Shown: piece after piece, positions 41,001 to 51,444 of the stretch | Numbering within the stretch: the stretch's first letter is position 1 | Layout: the number at the start of each line of letters is the position of its first letter | From: a virus | Reading direction: 5' to 3' (one strand) | DNA: 64,000 nucleotides | Virus record (IMG/VR): IMGVR_UViG_3300020446_000009 | Coordinates: 4,560 to 68,559 of that record | The notes under the pieces: generated by a model | The model's input: the letters and a program-made list of their open reading frames with translations, nothing else | The model's database searches: none | What the model was told of the DNA's origin: nothing | Program-made: the position numbers and the translations under genes

Positions 41001-42781
41001 GCAGGTGGACCTACGGGTTGAGATCCTGATCCATAAGAGCCACTAGAATAATTTTGTTCTCCATATCCTGCTTCTATAGAACCAGTAGAAGTAACAATAT
41101 AAGTTTTAAAAGGTCTATGTAAAAATCTATTATATTTATAAAAATTTCCATTCCCCGTTCCTACAGTTGCTAATCCTCTATATAACCATAATGATTGAGA
41201 TTCTTTTACTGGTATATTAAATCCTTCTGGGGTACTATATGTTGTAGGGGTAGCATTTATATTTACTAATTCTACATTAAATAAAGGATCAAAATTAGGA
41301 TTTGCAGTTTTTTTAGTATCTAAATTGCTGCCACCTCTAATTACAATTTGATTTGTATCTTCTTTATAATAATAAATTAATTCATCTCCACCCGATGTTA
41401 CAAAAGCAGGACCTATTTGAGTCAAGTTAGTTTGAGCAGAATATGATATAAAACTTGAAGATGGGATTGCTACATAACTAGCTGAGGCGTTAATGAAGAA
41501 TGGAGGAGTTGAAGGTTGATATGTAGCAGATCCATCTTTATCTCTTTCTGTTGAACCTGAATAAAAGGCTTGTAAAGGATCATCTAATGTACCCCCAGTA
41601 GAAATTAGTGTTCCATTAACATAATAATTAGCTCCAGCCCAACCTCTAAAAAATTGTTCTGTTGGATATGAAGTAGATGAAGATGGGAAATAACCTTGAG
41701 GTATAGATTTATCAATACCTGTGGCTAATGTTGGTTGTACTACAGTACCTGAAGAGGAAGCATACACAACATAATCTCCTGTTGCCAGGAAAGTATCAGT
41801 TACATCTGCTGGTCTATTAGTATCAGTAGCAAAAGAAGTTAATTTTGATTCTTGATTTACAAATAAATGACTATAATTTTGAGTACTATATTTAGTAACA
41901 TTAAATAATTGATAATCCTCAGCATAATGCCCACTTCCATTGTGAATAAAGCTACCTGTAGAATTAATTGGGTTATACATTACAAATCGTGCCCATTCTG
42001 AATGTTTAATAAAATCACTTAATATAGCACCAGTGGATGACACATTATTCATTTTAATGTGTTTTACTTTAAATCCATCATTCCATAACCATGCATATCC
42101 AGCACTAGAAGGATAATAATTAGCTCCTATAAAAGTAGATTCAGGAACACCCCAATCAATATTAAATGGTTTTGGAATTGAACCAGTTGAAGGTGTACCA
42201 AAAGACCCAGAAGAAGCTACTATATATTTTGTTGAGCTCCCAGTAACATCTGTTTCATGATAACCTCTTAAATCACTACCATTAAATGTAGCAATAAGGG
42301 GTTTTCTAGTAGTAAAAGATGAAGTGCTATGGGCATAACTTTGAGAAATAGGATTATTAGCATCTCCAGATGGAACATTACCAGTACCACTAGAAGCGCT
42401 TACTATCATATAAGTTAAACTAGAACCAGTGTGTATACTATCTATATTATAGTCTATAAAATATGATGAACTACCACTTACTTCTAATCTAAGAGTACCT
42501 TTACTATTTAAATCATCAAGTTGGGTTAAAAAACTTATTATAGATTCTTTATTATTTATATCATCTTCATCTAAGTAAATTTCAGTAGCACTTACTTCAT
42601 TCGTTGTACTACCTGGAAGTAAACTACCACTATTTAATCTTATATCACCAGCTCCGGGTGCTACTGAGGATGTTAAATAATCAAATCTATAGTTAAAATT
42701 AGCAGACCCACTATAAAATCCAAAAATTTTATTTGATCTTGAAAGATTTTGTAACGCAAAGTAGTAATCTTGTACTGCCAT
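38072..42781 (-). CDS. Large virion structural protein (baseplate/fibre associated)
   Basis: 1569 aa, beta-rich, Ser/Thr-rich, inside the baseplate operon, late motif upstream. Confidence 0.6.
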   Translation of the reverse strand: MAVQDYYFALQNLSRSNKIFGFYSGSANFNYRFDYLTSSVAPGAGDIRLNSGSLLPGSTTNEVSATEIYLDEDDINNKESIISFLTQLDDLNSKGTLRLEVSGSSSYFIDYNIDSIHTGSSLTYMIVSASSGTGNVPSGDANNPISQSYAHSTSSFTTRKPLIATFNGSDLRGYHETDVTGSSTKYIVASSGSFGTPSTGSIPKPFNIDWGVPESTFIGANYYPSSAGYAWLWNDGFKVKHIKMNNVSSTGAILSDFIKHSEWARFVMYNPINSTGSFIHNGSGHYAEDYQLFNVTKYSTQNYSHLFVNQESKLTSFATDTNRPADVTDTFLATGDYVVYASSSGTVVQPTLATGIDKSIPQGYFPSSSTSYPTEQFFRGWAGANYYVNGTLISTGGTLDDPLQAFYSGSTERDKDGSATYQPSTPPFFINASASYVAIPSSSFISYSAQTNLTQIGPAFVTSGGDELIYYYKEDTNQIVIRGGSNLDTKKTANPNFDPLFNVELVNINATPTTYSTPEGFNIPVKESQSLWLYRGLATVGTGNGNFYKYNRFLHRPFKTYIVTSTGSIEAGYGEQNYSSGSYGSGSQPVGPPANEFETVYIAYSSSLANERPTDGVYTFDTTPLEELQITASVNFGYTSINVIRSSSYGTGSYGDNEFEYGGTGSGDDVNTWQSATLKLYQNNNVIASDVTSINSTNILYGLESTLKTTLQPYEISIGDNLRLAVEVGNESSNFNSSLIVNNYTMSFGNLVYPAQDLVPVTFNNYLELNDDCDPINNNVFGQRPNERLQDVDYSVDVLNPINFDQIIKDEAVRATVPESHYTQLGSSFARYIGSSTSRRQINEYNPNDDVDSTNSFYYQADISTPEIVNKGKGSPLGKIPNVQLRNSYIAYFNKIIDTYPNLNGKTAYYVKYLIDESGTIYDPTLSDINFSLFEKTFQLYDYDAKPTRVKTSLQSIEEAKELSRLNKGLSSTFKLGKYPSPILYSQTSSLGHTNNIIMSGSPFYGTLGIGSGFTNLAVNINAAQSNSDFPVASTNNDTEDLTVGNQLTTASFASGDITPFTTNTTPNLPTGSAASTLLFPLDSAAITPNTLGADLSDKYEVDGEFIFYSSTFPARYRRPNGSSKHWQKGDLYTSRQSKDKYRQIANVTLAPFIKVPTNPSEVFVANSNNFEISQITLTPIENAGLSDESVYKTLTIEPSPSGFDRQYYISNNQIEFKPDSRYLEKIIIQQIYGNSDWSSDSTNRKEAQVLIGGGWYNDGQGNIGIDGANVVYKWSIKFKLKNVKQGSGMFLKVKGQITQPGDSGRNDDFFRSYIRDGDYIKNGPSWRTTFNPGLTSGYNTSPVLKYNITSPIANSDQNVNGAVGPYWRRISGTTDMLFMSSSILNQAYGIFDEDGNNTNGQYYVQAKIPYVGDTEVVFPSTIEPDFVEFDPVVDPWSLEIGDEIRFENNEDLVYTITSAGGKQGVRPPIDPYSTNPENDGLHITIAPPFEYTSSNGDIINKQPTNLDFFVVRRYKENRNFIILDQQKPYGFPVSASSSPGILLPEHRIEKYDRNPDEVLKDLIEKRII

Positions 42782-42806
42782 TTAACTTTTGTTATAAATA
42801 TTTTTT

Positions 42807-45800
42807 TTACGAAAATTCACTACACCTATTAATTGTTGTAAATTCAGTTCCTGTCCAATATCTTACTATATTACCATCAGAATAATATCCACTACTAGCA
42901 AATAGTATTCTACCTAAACTATCATTTGTTGCTCTATAGATTGCTGTAGCATCTTTTAATATAATATTATCTAATCTAAATGCATTATTTATATTATTAC
43001 ATGCTGATGATTTACTTGAACTATATCCTAAGTATACTGTATATAGATCTACATTTTCTTGAATATCAGTTACAGAACCAGATATTAATTGGCCAACATT
43101 ATACCAACCATAAGGTACAGATGCTGTAATATGAGCGGTTCTTGTTAATGATGATGTAATAGCTGGATAGTAAGAATTACCTATTGATTGAGAATAAATT
43201 ATATTATTATATAAACTAGCTGTTTCCACTGTTGGAGGTGTTATGTTACCATAAATGTTTACTTCAAATCCACTTGAACTATTTGATGCCGATCCTGTAA
43301 TCATACTAAATGTTAAAATTGATGCTGTTGGTTGTAATGCACTAGCTGTAACAGATATTAGTTGATTATAGTTTGAATAATTTAATGGTTTATTTGGTAT
43401 TCTAATATCAAAACTAGCAGTTCTAAAAATACCAGGTGATCCCGATGGGTGTATTAATTCATAATATGGAGAAGAACCACCAGATGAGGATATAAAGTTT
43501 ATACTACCTTCTATACTAGCATTTGATAAAGTTGGAGGTGTAATTATACCTAAGAAATCAACACTAAATGTAGTTGCGAATTGCATATCACTTCCTGTAA
43601 ATGCAGGAGGTATTCCTCCTGTTAATTCAGTAACTAAAAATTCATCATCGGATCCTGATAATGCTACTATTCTATATAAGTATTCAGGTATATTGTTCCA
43701 AGTATAATATGCACTACATGGATCTTCATCTGCTATCCCCTCTCCTCTTTGTAATTTAGTTCTTTTAGATGAACCACTAAATTCACCATTATAAAATTCA
43801 CGTTGATCATCTCTATTATAAATTTGAGGACCAAAAACAGTAGCTATTGTTTCATCCCAATCTTGAACTACCCCAAATCTATTATTAGCACCAGTACCAT
43901 CTGAACCCGAAGGTGAAGTAGTTAAATTATTAAAGGTATTAAATACTCCTGCGGCACCACCACTAACATGATATAAAGACCCACTATTATAATTTTGAAC
44001 AAATGGTTTAACTGAACCTGATAATTGTTCATCTCTAAAACTTAATTGAGTTGCTCTAAGTTTATTTCTTTCGAGCATATGTTGTTTTACTACTACTCCT
44101 GAACTTAAACTAGTTCGAGCGGGAGTAAAATCTTTAATCATTTTAAATAATGAATTATCAAAGAATTTTATCAGACGAATAAAATCTCTAACATCATAAC
44201 TGTGAATATATTTTTCAAAATAAGCATCTCTTAAAATATCTAAATCAGGATAATTGTAACGAGATTCAGATACTTGTCTTGGATCCCCTATATAATCTCC
44301 TAGGTTAAAATTACCTATTTGATTAATAATATCTGTATCTACTTGATTAGTAGGGGAAAATGCTACTTCTAAATAATTAGTATTAGGAGTATAATTTTGT
44401 GTTGTGTACGATTTTTGCTCTAGGGCAACAAGAGGAGATAAAGTGTCTCCTGAGGGAATTATGTTATCTTCAAGAGTAATTTTATCTGTAATACGGTTTT
44501 TTATTCCAACAGGTACTTGATTTAAGTAAATTGATTCTTTATTTGTTGCAAAGCTACTAGAGGATAAAAAGTAAGTATCTACTTGATGTGCACTGGAAGA
44601 AGCATTCCAATAAAAATAAGACATATCCCAATTGTCTTCTATTAAATTCCAAGTAGCACTTCCTTCAAATGAACTTGTTACTGATGACCCAGTAACTGTA
44701 GGATGTATAGATGATCTAGAACTTGTATTAAGCATAGAACCTAAAGGAGCTCTAAATGCTAATTCATTAGGTGTTGAATTAAGAGAATTACCAACACAAG
44801 AATAGGGATTTAAAACATAATTATCAAAAGAGGATTGGCTAATAGCAGGACCCCAATATCTAATTTCTTGTAAAGACCCTGAAAAGAATTCATATCCAGA
44901 AAAACTTTGTGAAGCTGGAAAATGTATCCAATCTGATCCTTCATAAAAAGATGAAGTACAAGCTATTGAACTAGAAGCTTGATGTAAAATTGAATGATCT
45001 CCTTTATTAGCTACAAACAAACTAGCAGTATCAGTTGAATCAAAATCAACAATAGTTTGGATTGACCACCAATCACCATCAAATATTGGTAAATAAACAC
45101 TGGCAGTAGGTGCTCCAGGAGTAATTCCTTGAGGGTAAAATTTAACTGTACCGTATTGGTTTTCTAAATCTGTTCTAGAACCGGAATAAGATCCACTTGT
45201 TTGGCTAGAACCAGTATATTCTATAACTAATGCTGATTGATTTGTTTCAGTTGTATATAATAATTGATTTACTGATCCCGTAGGTATACCTGGGGTTTGG
45301 AATCTAAGTTGTACAGTTTTAGGTGTAGGTTGATAATCAAATTCTTCATTTGTATTAAATGAGGATGACATAAAATTACTACCATCTAAATCTAATTTAT
45401 AATTAAATATTTTTTGTTCTAATTCCCAATTTTGAGTTGTATTTAATGCCTGGTCTCCAAATTCATTTACCCTTAAAATAGTATCAGGAATACCATAAGA
45501 AGTAATTAATGCTTTTAACCCAGCTACTGTTCCTTTAGTTTTAAGTAAATATGGAATATTATGGTAGATACGTTTATATAATCGCTTATTAGCATTATCT
45601 AATGGTATTGTATCACTTGAAGCGGATATTGGGGATAAAATTAGTTCTTTTTGACCTGTAACAGGGAAAGAAGGTGTTTGAATTTCATTATATGGAAATG
45701 AACTACCAGAGGGTGTAATACCTAAAAAGGCAGTAAATAAATCATTAGTATTAAAATTATTTGAATATAATTTAACACCAAAATCTTTTATAGCATCTGC

Positions 45801-47222
45801 TACTAAATCTTTTGAAATACCAAAATCTAATCTATTATCAGCATCAAATTTATTTACAATATCTTTAGTATAAATCCAAATATTATCAAAATGTTGACCA
45901 ATCATATCAACAAATAATTCATATCTTTGATTTGATGGATCTTCTCTTAAATAATCAGGGATTGAAAAATATAACCAATCCTGATTTTGTTGATCATAAT
46001 TTGAAGCAGATAAAGCTTGACCCCCATAATATGGACTTTTAGGATCGGCACTACCTAACCAATTTAATACAGTAGCTGATCCAGTAGAGAAGAGGGTGTA
46101 TGGCTTAGATGTACTTGATTTTGGGTAACTAGATGTTGAACCGGAATTGTAGTAGAGGAAGTATTCATAATTATCAAAATTTTTAATTACATTATCTAAT
46201 TTTCCTTGATATGAAGCTTTAGATGAACTAAAGGCAATTGACCCTGTAGTACTACCTGTTATATCAGATTCTAGTGAGGCAATTGAATTTTGGTAACCTT
46301 CTATTAATCCTACTTTATAATAAAAATTTTCTAAACGAGTTAAGGCAGAAGAAAATTTTATGTACTCCGATCTATCTTCATAATTAATATTAATATTTAT
46401 TCCTTTTTCATTTAACAAACTATTTATTTGTTGTTGTGAAGAAGTAATATCGGTCCCAATTAAAGTATCATAAGTTGCTACTTCAGAAGAAACTCCACTT
46501 TCATCTTTAATATTTAAACTATAATTAGGACCCGCTATAAAAGAAAAATCTTGGGGTTCAAAAATAGGTATTGGGAAGTTAACTTGATATCCCTTTGCAG
46601 AAGAAAGATCTTCAATTACCCAACACTGTGATTTTAAATTAAAATCAGAAGGTAGGGGTTCATATAATTTAATTAAAACCGTAGGATTATCATCTACAGT
46701 AGTATCTAATTGTATGTTATTAGCTATAACTAAATTATTAGAACCAAAATTTAAATAAAAATCAACAAAATAATCTTTAGATTCTCTATAAGAAATAAAA
46801 TCATTTGAAGATGAAATAATACTATCATTACTAATAACTGATGAATCTAGTCTAATTTCTGTTCTATCAGCACTAATTTCAGATATATAATAATTTTCCT
46901 GAATAGAGGAACTTAAATGTTTTTTATAAAAATAATAATTAATAAAATAATTACCCTCATCATATCCTAAACTTTTAAGATCCTGGATTGGGTCTAAATT
47001 TACATGTCCATCTTTAATTGTATATGTAAATAATTCTTCGGTATTATTTGGGAATATTAAATTTTTATTATCATCATACACATAATATTCAATATAATCC
47101 GTAGATTGAGAAAAAGCAGTATCTACCTCAGATGATGGTATTATATTAACATCTTCTTGAGAATACGTTTGTACTGCAAACGTCTCTGGATTAATAGGTA
47201 AAATTAGAATATTCTCCTCCAT
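42807..47222 (-). CDS. Large baseplate wedge protein (gp7/P2 gpI-like core with LamG-like region)
   Basis: FVDMIGQHFDNIW, YLLKTKGTVAGLKALITSYGIP, FSGSLQEIRYW motifs. Confidence 0.65.
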   Translation of the reverse strand: MEENILILPINPETFAVQTYSQEDVNIIPSSEVDTAFSQSTDYIEYYVYDDNKNLIFPNNTEELFTYTIKDGHVNLDPIQDLKSLGYDEGNYFINYYFYKKHLSSSIQENYYISEISADRTEIRLDSSVISNDSIISSSNDFISYRESKDYFVDFYLNFGSNNLVIANNIQLDTTVDDNPTVLIKLYEPLPSDFNLKSQCWVIEDLSSAKGYQVNFPIPIFEPQDFSFIAGPNYSLNIKDESGVSSEVATYDTLIGTDITSSQQQINSLLNEKGINININYEDRSEYIKFSSALTRLENFYYKVGLIEGYQNSIASLESDITGSTTGSIAFSSSKASYQGKLDNVIKNFDNYEYFLYYNSGSTSSYPKSSTSKPYTLFSTGSATVLNWLGSADPKSPYYGGQALSASNYDQQNQDWLYFSIPDYLREDPSNQRYELFVDMIGQHFDNIWIYTKDIVNKFDADNRLDFGISKDLVADAIKDFGVKLYSNNFNTNDLFTAFLGITPSGSSFPYNEIQTPSFPVTGQKELILSPISASSDTIPLDNANKRLYKRIYHNIPYLLKTKGTVAGLKALITSYGIPDTILRVNEFGDQALNTTQNWELEQKIFNYKLDLDGSNFMSSSFNTNEEFDYQPTPKTVQLRFQTPGIPTGSVNQLLYTTETNQSALVIEYTGSSQTSGSYSGSRTDLENQYGTVKFYPQGITPGAPTASVYLPIFDGDWWSIQTIVDFDSTDTASLFVANKGDHSILHQASSSIACTSSFYEGSDWIHFPASQSFSGYEFFSGSLQEIRYWGPAISQSSFDNYVLNPYSCVGNSLNSTPNELAFRAPLGSMLNTSSRSSIHPTVTGSSVTSSFEGSATWNLIEDNWDMSYFYWNASSSAHQVDTYFLSSSSFATNKESIYLNQVPVGIKNRITDKITLEDNIIPSGDTLSPLVALEQKSYTTQNYTPNTNYLEVAFSPTNQVDTDIINQIGNFNLGDYIGDPRQVSESRYNYPDLDILRDAYFEKYIHSYDVRDFIRLIKFFDNSLFKMIKDFTPARTSLSSGVVVKQHMLERNKLRATQLSFRDEQLSGSVKPFVQNYNSGSLYHVSGGAAGVFNTFNNLTTSPSGSDGTGANNRFGVVQDWDETIATVFGPQIYNRDDQREFYNGEFSGSSKRTKLQRGEGIADEDPCSAYYTWNNIPEYLYRIVALSGSDDEFLVTELTGGIPPAFTGSDMQFATTFSVDFLGIITPPTLSNASIEGSINFISSSGGSSPYYELIHPSGSPGIFRTASFDIRIPNKPLNYSNYNQLISVTASALQPTASILTFSMITGSASNSSSGFEVNIYGNITPPTVETASLYNNIIYSQSIGNSYYPAITSSLTRTAHITASVPYGWYNVGQLISGSVTDIQENVDLYTVYLGYSSSKSSACNNINNAFRLDNIILKDATAIYRATNDSLGRILFASSGYYSDGNIVRYWTGTEFTTINRCSEFS

Positions 47223-47228
47223 ATTTTT

Positions 47229-47735
47229 TTAGTATCCTCCTCCACCGGATCCTCCTCCACCTCCACTAGATGAGCCCCCACTAGACGAGCCAGCACCTGA
47301 TCCACCTCCACTTGATATTCCTGTGGAAGTACTTGAAGAAGCTCTATTTAAACCTTCTTCTTGTGGTGTTAATGATCCAGTTATATTTAATGATGTCCCC
47401 GAAACTGTTTCCGCTAATTCAATTTGAGTACTTAATAGTTCTTCTCTTAATGAAGTAATTTCCTGTTGTAATGCTTCAACCATTTCATTATTTTCCTCAA
47501 AATTAATATATTCACCACTTGTTTTAACTAAATATTCATGGGAATTTTTAGCTCCTAAAGTAGGTATTTCATAAAATAATTCATCGTATAATTGGAAAAA
47601 TTCTTCAATTGTAGGTGTTTGAGATATAGCATCAACAATAGAAGTAACACCCAACTCTGAAAATTGAGTATTAATAGTTTTTGGGTATTGAGCTTTATTA
47701 AATACCCTTTTTTTTGTATCTACTTTTTGAGCCAT
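47229..47735 (-). CDS. Baseplate-region hypothetical protein with coiled coil and Gly/Ser tail
   Basis: FFQLYDELFYEIP...SHEYLV, coiled coil, low-complexity C-terminus. Confidence 0.55.
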   Translation of the reverse strand: MAQKVDTKKRVFNKAQYPKTINTQFSELGVTSIVDAISQTPTIEEFFQLYDELFYEIPTLGAKNSHEYLVKTSGEYINFEENNEMVEALQQEITSLREELLSTQIELAETVSGTSLNITGSLTPQEEGLNRASSSTSTGISSGGGSGAGSSSGGSSSGGGGGSGGGGY

Positions 47736-48829
47736 TATCCATTTACAACTTTAAATACATAATCATCATCTTTTACAAATGTACTACCTGATATAGTAGT
47801 TTGTATTAGAATCTTATAATTTCTTTCGGGTTCAAACCCATTCATATATAAATCAAAATAATTTCCAGTGCTATCACAACTAATTTTAGTAAAAGTTGAA
47901 TCAAAATCAATTATAAATTCATTTGTGTCTAAATCCTTAACGGCATAAAATGATGCTGTAGGTAAATAATGATTAGTAGTGTATATAGATGAAGTTTGGA
48001 AAGTTCGAGTAGGATAAGTAGGCCTTACATTTAATCTAAAACGATTTATACTTTCAGAATAAAATATACCTGGGTTTTCATCTAATGCTATAGTTACATC
48101 AGATGTAGTAAGTGGGGATAAACTCCCAGTTTCATAAGAAAAATCATCCCATTTAAACTCTAAATGTGGGGGATATATAGTATGAGTATCAACAGAAAAG
48201 AATTTAAATTGAGGTTGATTAGCACTACCAGATATAAATTCTTGGCTATCTACTAGTTTTACTATAAATGAATCCGTACCTATACTAATTAAATTACCAT
48301 ATAAAACTAAACTATCAGTACCTAACATAATTTCTACTAATTGTTTAACTCCTATATTAAGATCTTTTATAGTTCTTCTATCCATGGATTGTGTAATAGG
48401 ACCATATGAGGAAGTAGTATCTAAAATATCTCCTCCTGGGGTAGTCCATGCACCTGATCCTGAATAATATCTCCAATTCCAACTAACTCCATCTGTTGAT
48501 TGTGGTGAATCTAAATATTGACCACTACCATTATCAAAAGATCCGGATACTAAGCCCACTTCTAATGTAGTGGCTTGATTTACTCCTTGAACATTTGCGG
48601 CATATAATCTTAAGTTACTATCCCAAGTTCTACCATTAAGGTAACTATTGTATACTTCTACTATTTGATTTCCATCAAAATCAACAATTGACCTTGCGAC
48701 TCTAGGAGATTGCCCTGAGTCAGGAAATAAATTTGAAACTTCTAGTATAGCATCATCCCCTGTATTCATATTAGGGTATGCTGAATATAAACTAGCGTCT
48801 CGTACCGGAAAGATTTTATATATTGCCAT
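47735..48829 (-). CDS. Virion protein with DNRLRE/CBM96-like N-terminal domain
   Basis: RDASLYSAYPNMNTGDDAILEV, WTTPGGD, FFSVDTHTIYPPHLEFKWDD. Confidence 0.55.
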   Translation of the reverse strand: MAIYKIFPVRDASLYSAYPNMNTGDDAILEVSNLFPDSGQSPRVARSIVDFDGNQIVEVYNSYLNGRTWDSNLRLYAANVQGVNQATTLEVGLVSGSFDNGSGQYLDSPQSTDGVSWNWRYYSGSGAWTTPGGDILDTTSSYGPITQSMDRRTIKDLNIGVKQLVEIMLGTDSLVLYGNLISIGTDSFIVKLVDSQEFISGSANQPQFKFFSVDTHTIYPPHLEFKWDDFSYETGSLSPLTTSDVTIALDENPGIFYSESINRFRLNVRPTYPTRTFQTSSIYTTNHYLPTASFYAVKDLDTNEFIIDFDSTFTKISCDSTGNYFDLYMNGFEPERNYKILIQTTISGSTFVKDDDYVFKVVNG

Positions 48830-48830
48830 T

Positions 48831-50675
48831 TTATAAAGTTACTACTTTTCCTCTAATATCTTGATTTGGATATTTCAATTCAAATATAGATGGGTCTAAT
48901 GATGGGTAAATTACCCCATTTTGAGTTGCTCCATCAATATCATATGCATATTGAGAATATCCCGAAGATGTTCCTCTTTTATTACTTATAATCACTTTTT
49001 TTACAGTTTGAACACCTTCAATATTATCTAAAAGTGAAAATAAATTTCTATATATAATAGGTTGATTAACTTGCCAATTATTAATATTAAAATAATTTTG
49101 AAGTGAGTTAATACAATTTGTTAATATTTCGTTATTATTATAATTAGGTAATGTTATAATTTCAAAATTACAATCAATATTAATAATAAATGCATCTTTT
49201 ATAGATACAGTATCACCTATCATTCTATATTGATTTAAATAAGTTTTTAAGTTTGATTTTAAAGTAGATGATCCAGTTTTTAACTTTCCGTTTTGATCTT
49301 GAGATAAAATATACAAACATAATGAAGATAAGTTATCATCCGCTTTAGGTTTTTGAGCATATCCTTTAGATACTACCCCAAATCTAGAAGGCATACTTAA
49401 AGCTCTAACTAAATAATCATCCGATGTTACATTTCTTAACTGGGATGAGTATTGTGAAATAGTGTTTTGTCTAATTTCTTCAACTGTATCACCATCTTTT
49501 CCTCCTGAAGCAGCATTTTCATTATTTGCTGCTAAAGTTCCAAATATATAATTTGCTGTAGTAGTATTTAAGTTAGTATTATTAAATTGTATAGTAGAGG
49601 TATTTAAACTAGTAATACTGTTAGCCGCTACATTTGATTCAACCCCACCACCTGTATAATATCTAACAGTTAGGGTTGTATTAGATGGGGCAATACCGTA
49701 AGTATTTGTAAATATAAAATTAGTAGGGGAAAAAGCAGTTGTTAATTTATCTTTTTCAAATGGTAATCCTATTCCTACATTAAAAGGATTTGGTGTAATT
49801 TCTTCATCAACTGATTCGGGATTACCAGATCCAAATTGAAGTTGTAAGGTACTTGCATTTTTAAATCGTGTTGCAAATCTACGTTGTACTTGTTTATTTT
49901 TTAATATGTAAGGAGCATCTTCACTATTTTGGTAATTGTTAGGATCATTTACATTTGTGTTTTTAACTCCGTCAAAAACCATATCTTGAGCTAAATGATC
50001 AACTTCATACCACTCATTCCCATCATTATCTATACAATCTATTATTCCAGCTATATTTGTTGAAGAAATTTCTACAGTTGGGAATTCAGTTGGTGTAGAA
50101 AAAGAAAATGTTGTAGAATTAATCGTGCCTGAAACTGCTTTTCTAGTTTTCTTTAATAAAAAGTATGTGGGAGAATTATCTGATACTTGAGCTACAGTTA
50201 CAGTAGTTGGATCTAAAGAGCTTGAAACAGAAAAATCTATGGGATCTTCTATAATAAATTTAACGGATGAATTTGCTGTGGATGTTACTTGTGTATTTGC
50301 GTTAATAAATAAAGAATAATTATAATCAGGAACAGCAGACCCACTTACTTGTTTAGAAGGAACTTGTTGATAAAAATCTAAATCTACAGATGATAAACCA
50401 GTTACTTTTGGTTTATAATTAAACATATAAGCTAAATCGTACATATTAGACGATTGCTTAGAATATTGTATAAAATTTTCTTGAAATTGATTATCTAAAT
50501 AAAAGGATAAAACATCACCTACATATGATGCCATTTCCATGAACATTACCCCAGGTGATGATGCATCAAAATCAGTATAAGTATTTGGAAAATAAGTTTG
50601 AGCATAATTAATTAAATCAGCTCTAAATCGATCAAAATCCTTATTTAAATATTTTATTTCTCTATTAGTGGCCAT
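48831..50675 (-). CDS. Baseplate wedge subunit, T4 gp6 / baseplate J-like
   Basis: KDFDRFRADLINY, DFDASSPGVMFMEMASYVGDVLSFYLD, QFGSG, ASGGKDGDTVEEIR, RNVTSDDY. Confidence 0.88.
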   Translation of the reverse strand: MATNREIKYLNKDFDRFRADLINYAQTYFPNTYTDFDASSPGVMFMEMASYVGDVLSFYLDNQFQENFIQYSKQSSNMYDLAYMFNYKPKVTGLSSVDLDFYQQVPSKQVSGSAVPDYNYSLFINANTQVTSTANSSVKFIIEDPIDFSVSSSLDPTTVTVAQVSDNSPTYFLLKKTRKAVSGTINSTTFSFSTPTEFPTVEISSTNIAGIIDCIDNDGNEWYEVDHLAQDMVFDGVKNTNVNDPNNYQNSEDAPYILKNKQVQRRFATRFKNASTLQLQFGSGNPESVDEEITPNPFNVGIGLPFEKDKLTTAFSPTNFIFTNTYGIAPSNTTLTVRYYTGGGVESNVAANSITSLNTSTIQFNNTNLNTTTANYIFGTLAANNENAASGGKDGDTVEEIRQNTISQYSSQLRNVTSDDYLVRALSMPSRFGVVSKGYAQKPKADDNLSSLCLYILSQDQNGKLKTGSSTLKSNLKTYLNQYRMIGDTVSIKDAFIINIDCNFEIITLPNYNNNEILTNCINSLQNYFNINNWQVNQPIIYRNLFSLLDNIEGVQTVKKVIISNKRGTSSGYSQYAYDIDGATQNGVIYPSLDPSIFELKYPNQDIRGKVVTL

Positions 50676-51082
50676 TATGTAAAGTTTAATTGTAAATCAT
50701 CTGATATACCAGTATTTGCTACATAATATTTTATGCTTACCGTAATTTGATTTCTATCATTATCACTACTTATTCCTAAATCTTCTACTACTACTCTAGG
50801 AAAATAAACAGATAATTTTTCTTGGATATCTTCTTTTATAAAATCCAAATTATCATCTGTAATTTGTGTAAATATAAATTCTCTTAACCCTGCTCCAAAT
50901 TCAGGATTACCTGGTCTTTCACCTGGGTTAGTAAGAAAATAATTTACTAAATTGTTTTTAATAGCATCTTTAGTTTGATAATTGGGGATAAAAACAGAAT
51001 TTCCAGTAAATGGAATATCTACACCTATAGCTACTCTAGGTTTAGTATCATTAGGAAATATTTGTTTTGCTCCAAATGCCAT
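50675..51082 (-). CDS. Baseplate wedge subunit, gp25/GPW-like
   Basis: IKNNLVNYFLTNPGERPGNPEFGAGL...YFPRV. Confidence 0.88.
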   Translation of the reverse strand: MAFGAKQIFPNDTKPRVAIGVDIPFTGNSVFIPNYQTKDAIKNNLVNYFLTNPGERPGNPEFGAGLREFIFTQITDDNLDFIKEDIQEKLSVYFPRVVVEDLGISSDNDRNQITVSIKYYVANTGISDDLQLNFT

Positions 51083-51411
51083 TATTGTCTATTCATTAAT
51101 CCCATAATTTGATCCATTGATACATTACCTTCAGGCAATTGACCATTTGGTCCTGCTGTATCAGTGTTTGTAACTCTTAAAGGTTGATCAATTTGGGATG
51201 TATTAAATGAAGCAGCAGTATCACCTAAAATATTTCTATATGATTCTCTTAATTCACTTTTACTTTTTGTTGGTGGAGTTGCTACAGGGGCTTTTTCTTG
51301 AATTGGTTGTTTATTTGATTTTACAGCCTCTAAAAGAATTTCTTTTAATTCGTCTTGAATTGCTCCCTTTACTTCTTCTCTAATTAATTTTCTTAGTACG
51401 TCTAGTTTCAT
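51082..51411 (-). CDS. Hypothetical phage protein
   Basis: MKLDVLRKLIREEV start; late motif upstream; stop overlaps the gp25-like start. Confidence 0.55.
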   Translation of the reverse strand: MKLDVLRKLIREEVKGAIQDELKEILLEAVKSNKQPIQEKAPVATPPTKSKSELRESYRNILGDTAASFNTSQIDQPLRVTNTDTAGPNGQLPEGNVSMDQIMGLMNRQ

Positions 51412-51444
51412 AATACAGATATAACGTTATTTATAAATATTAAA

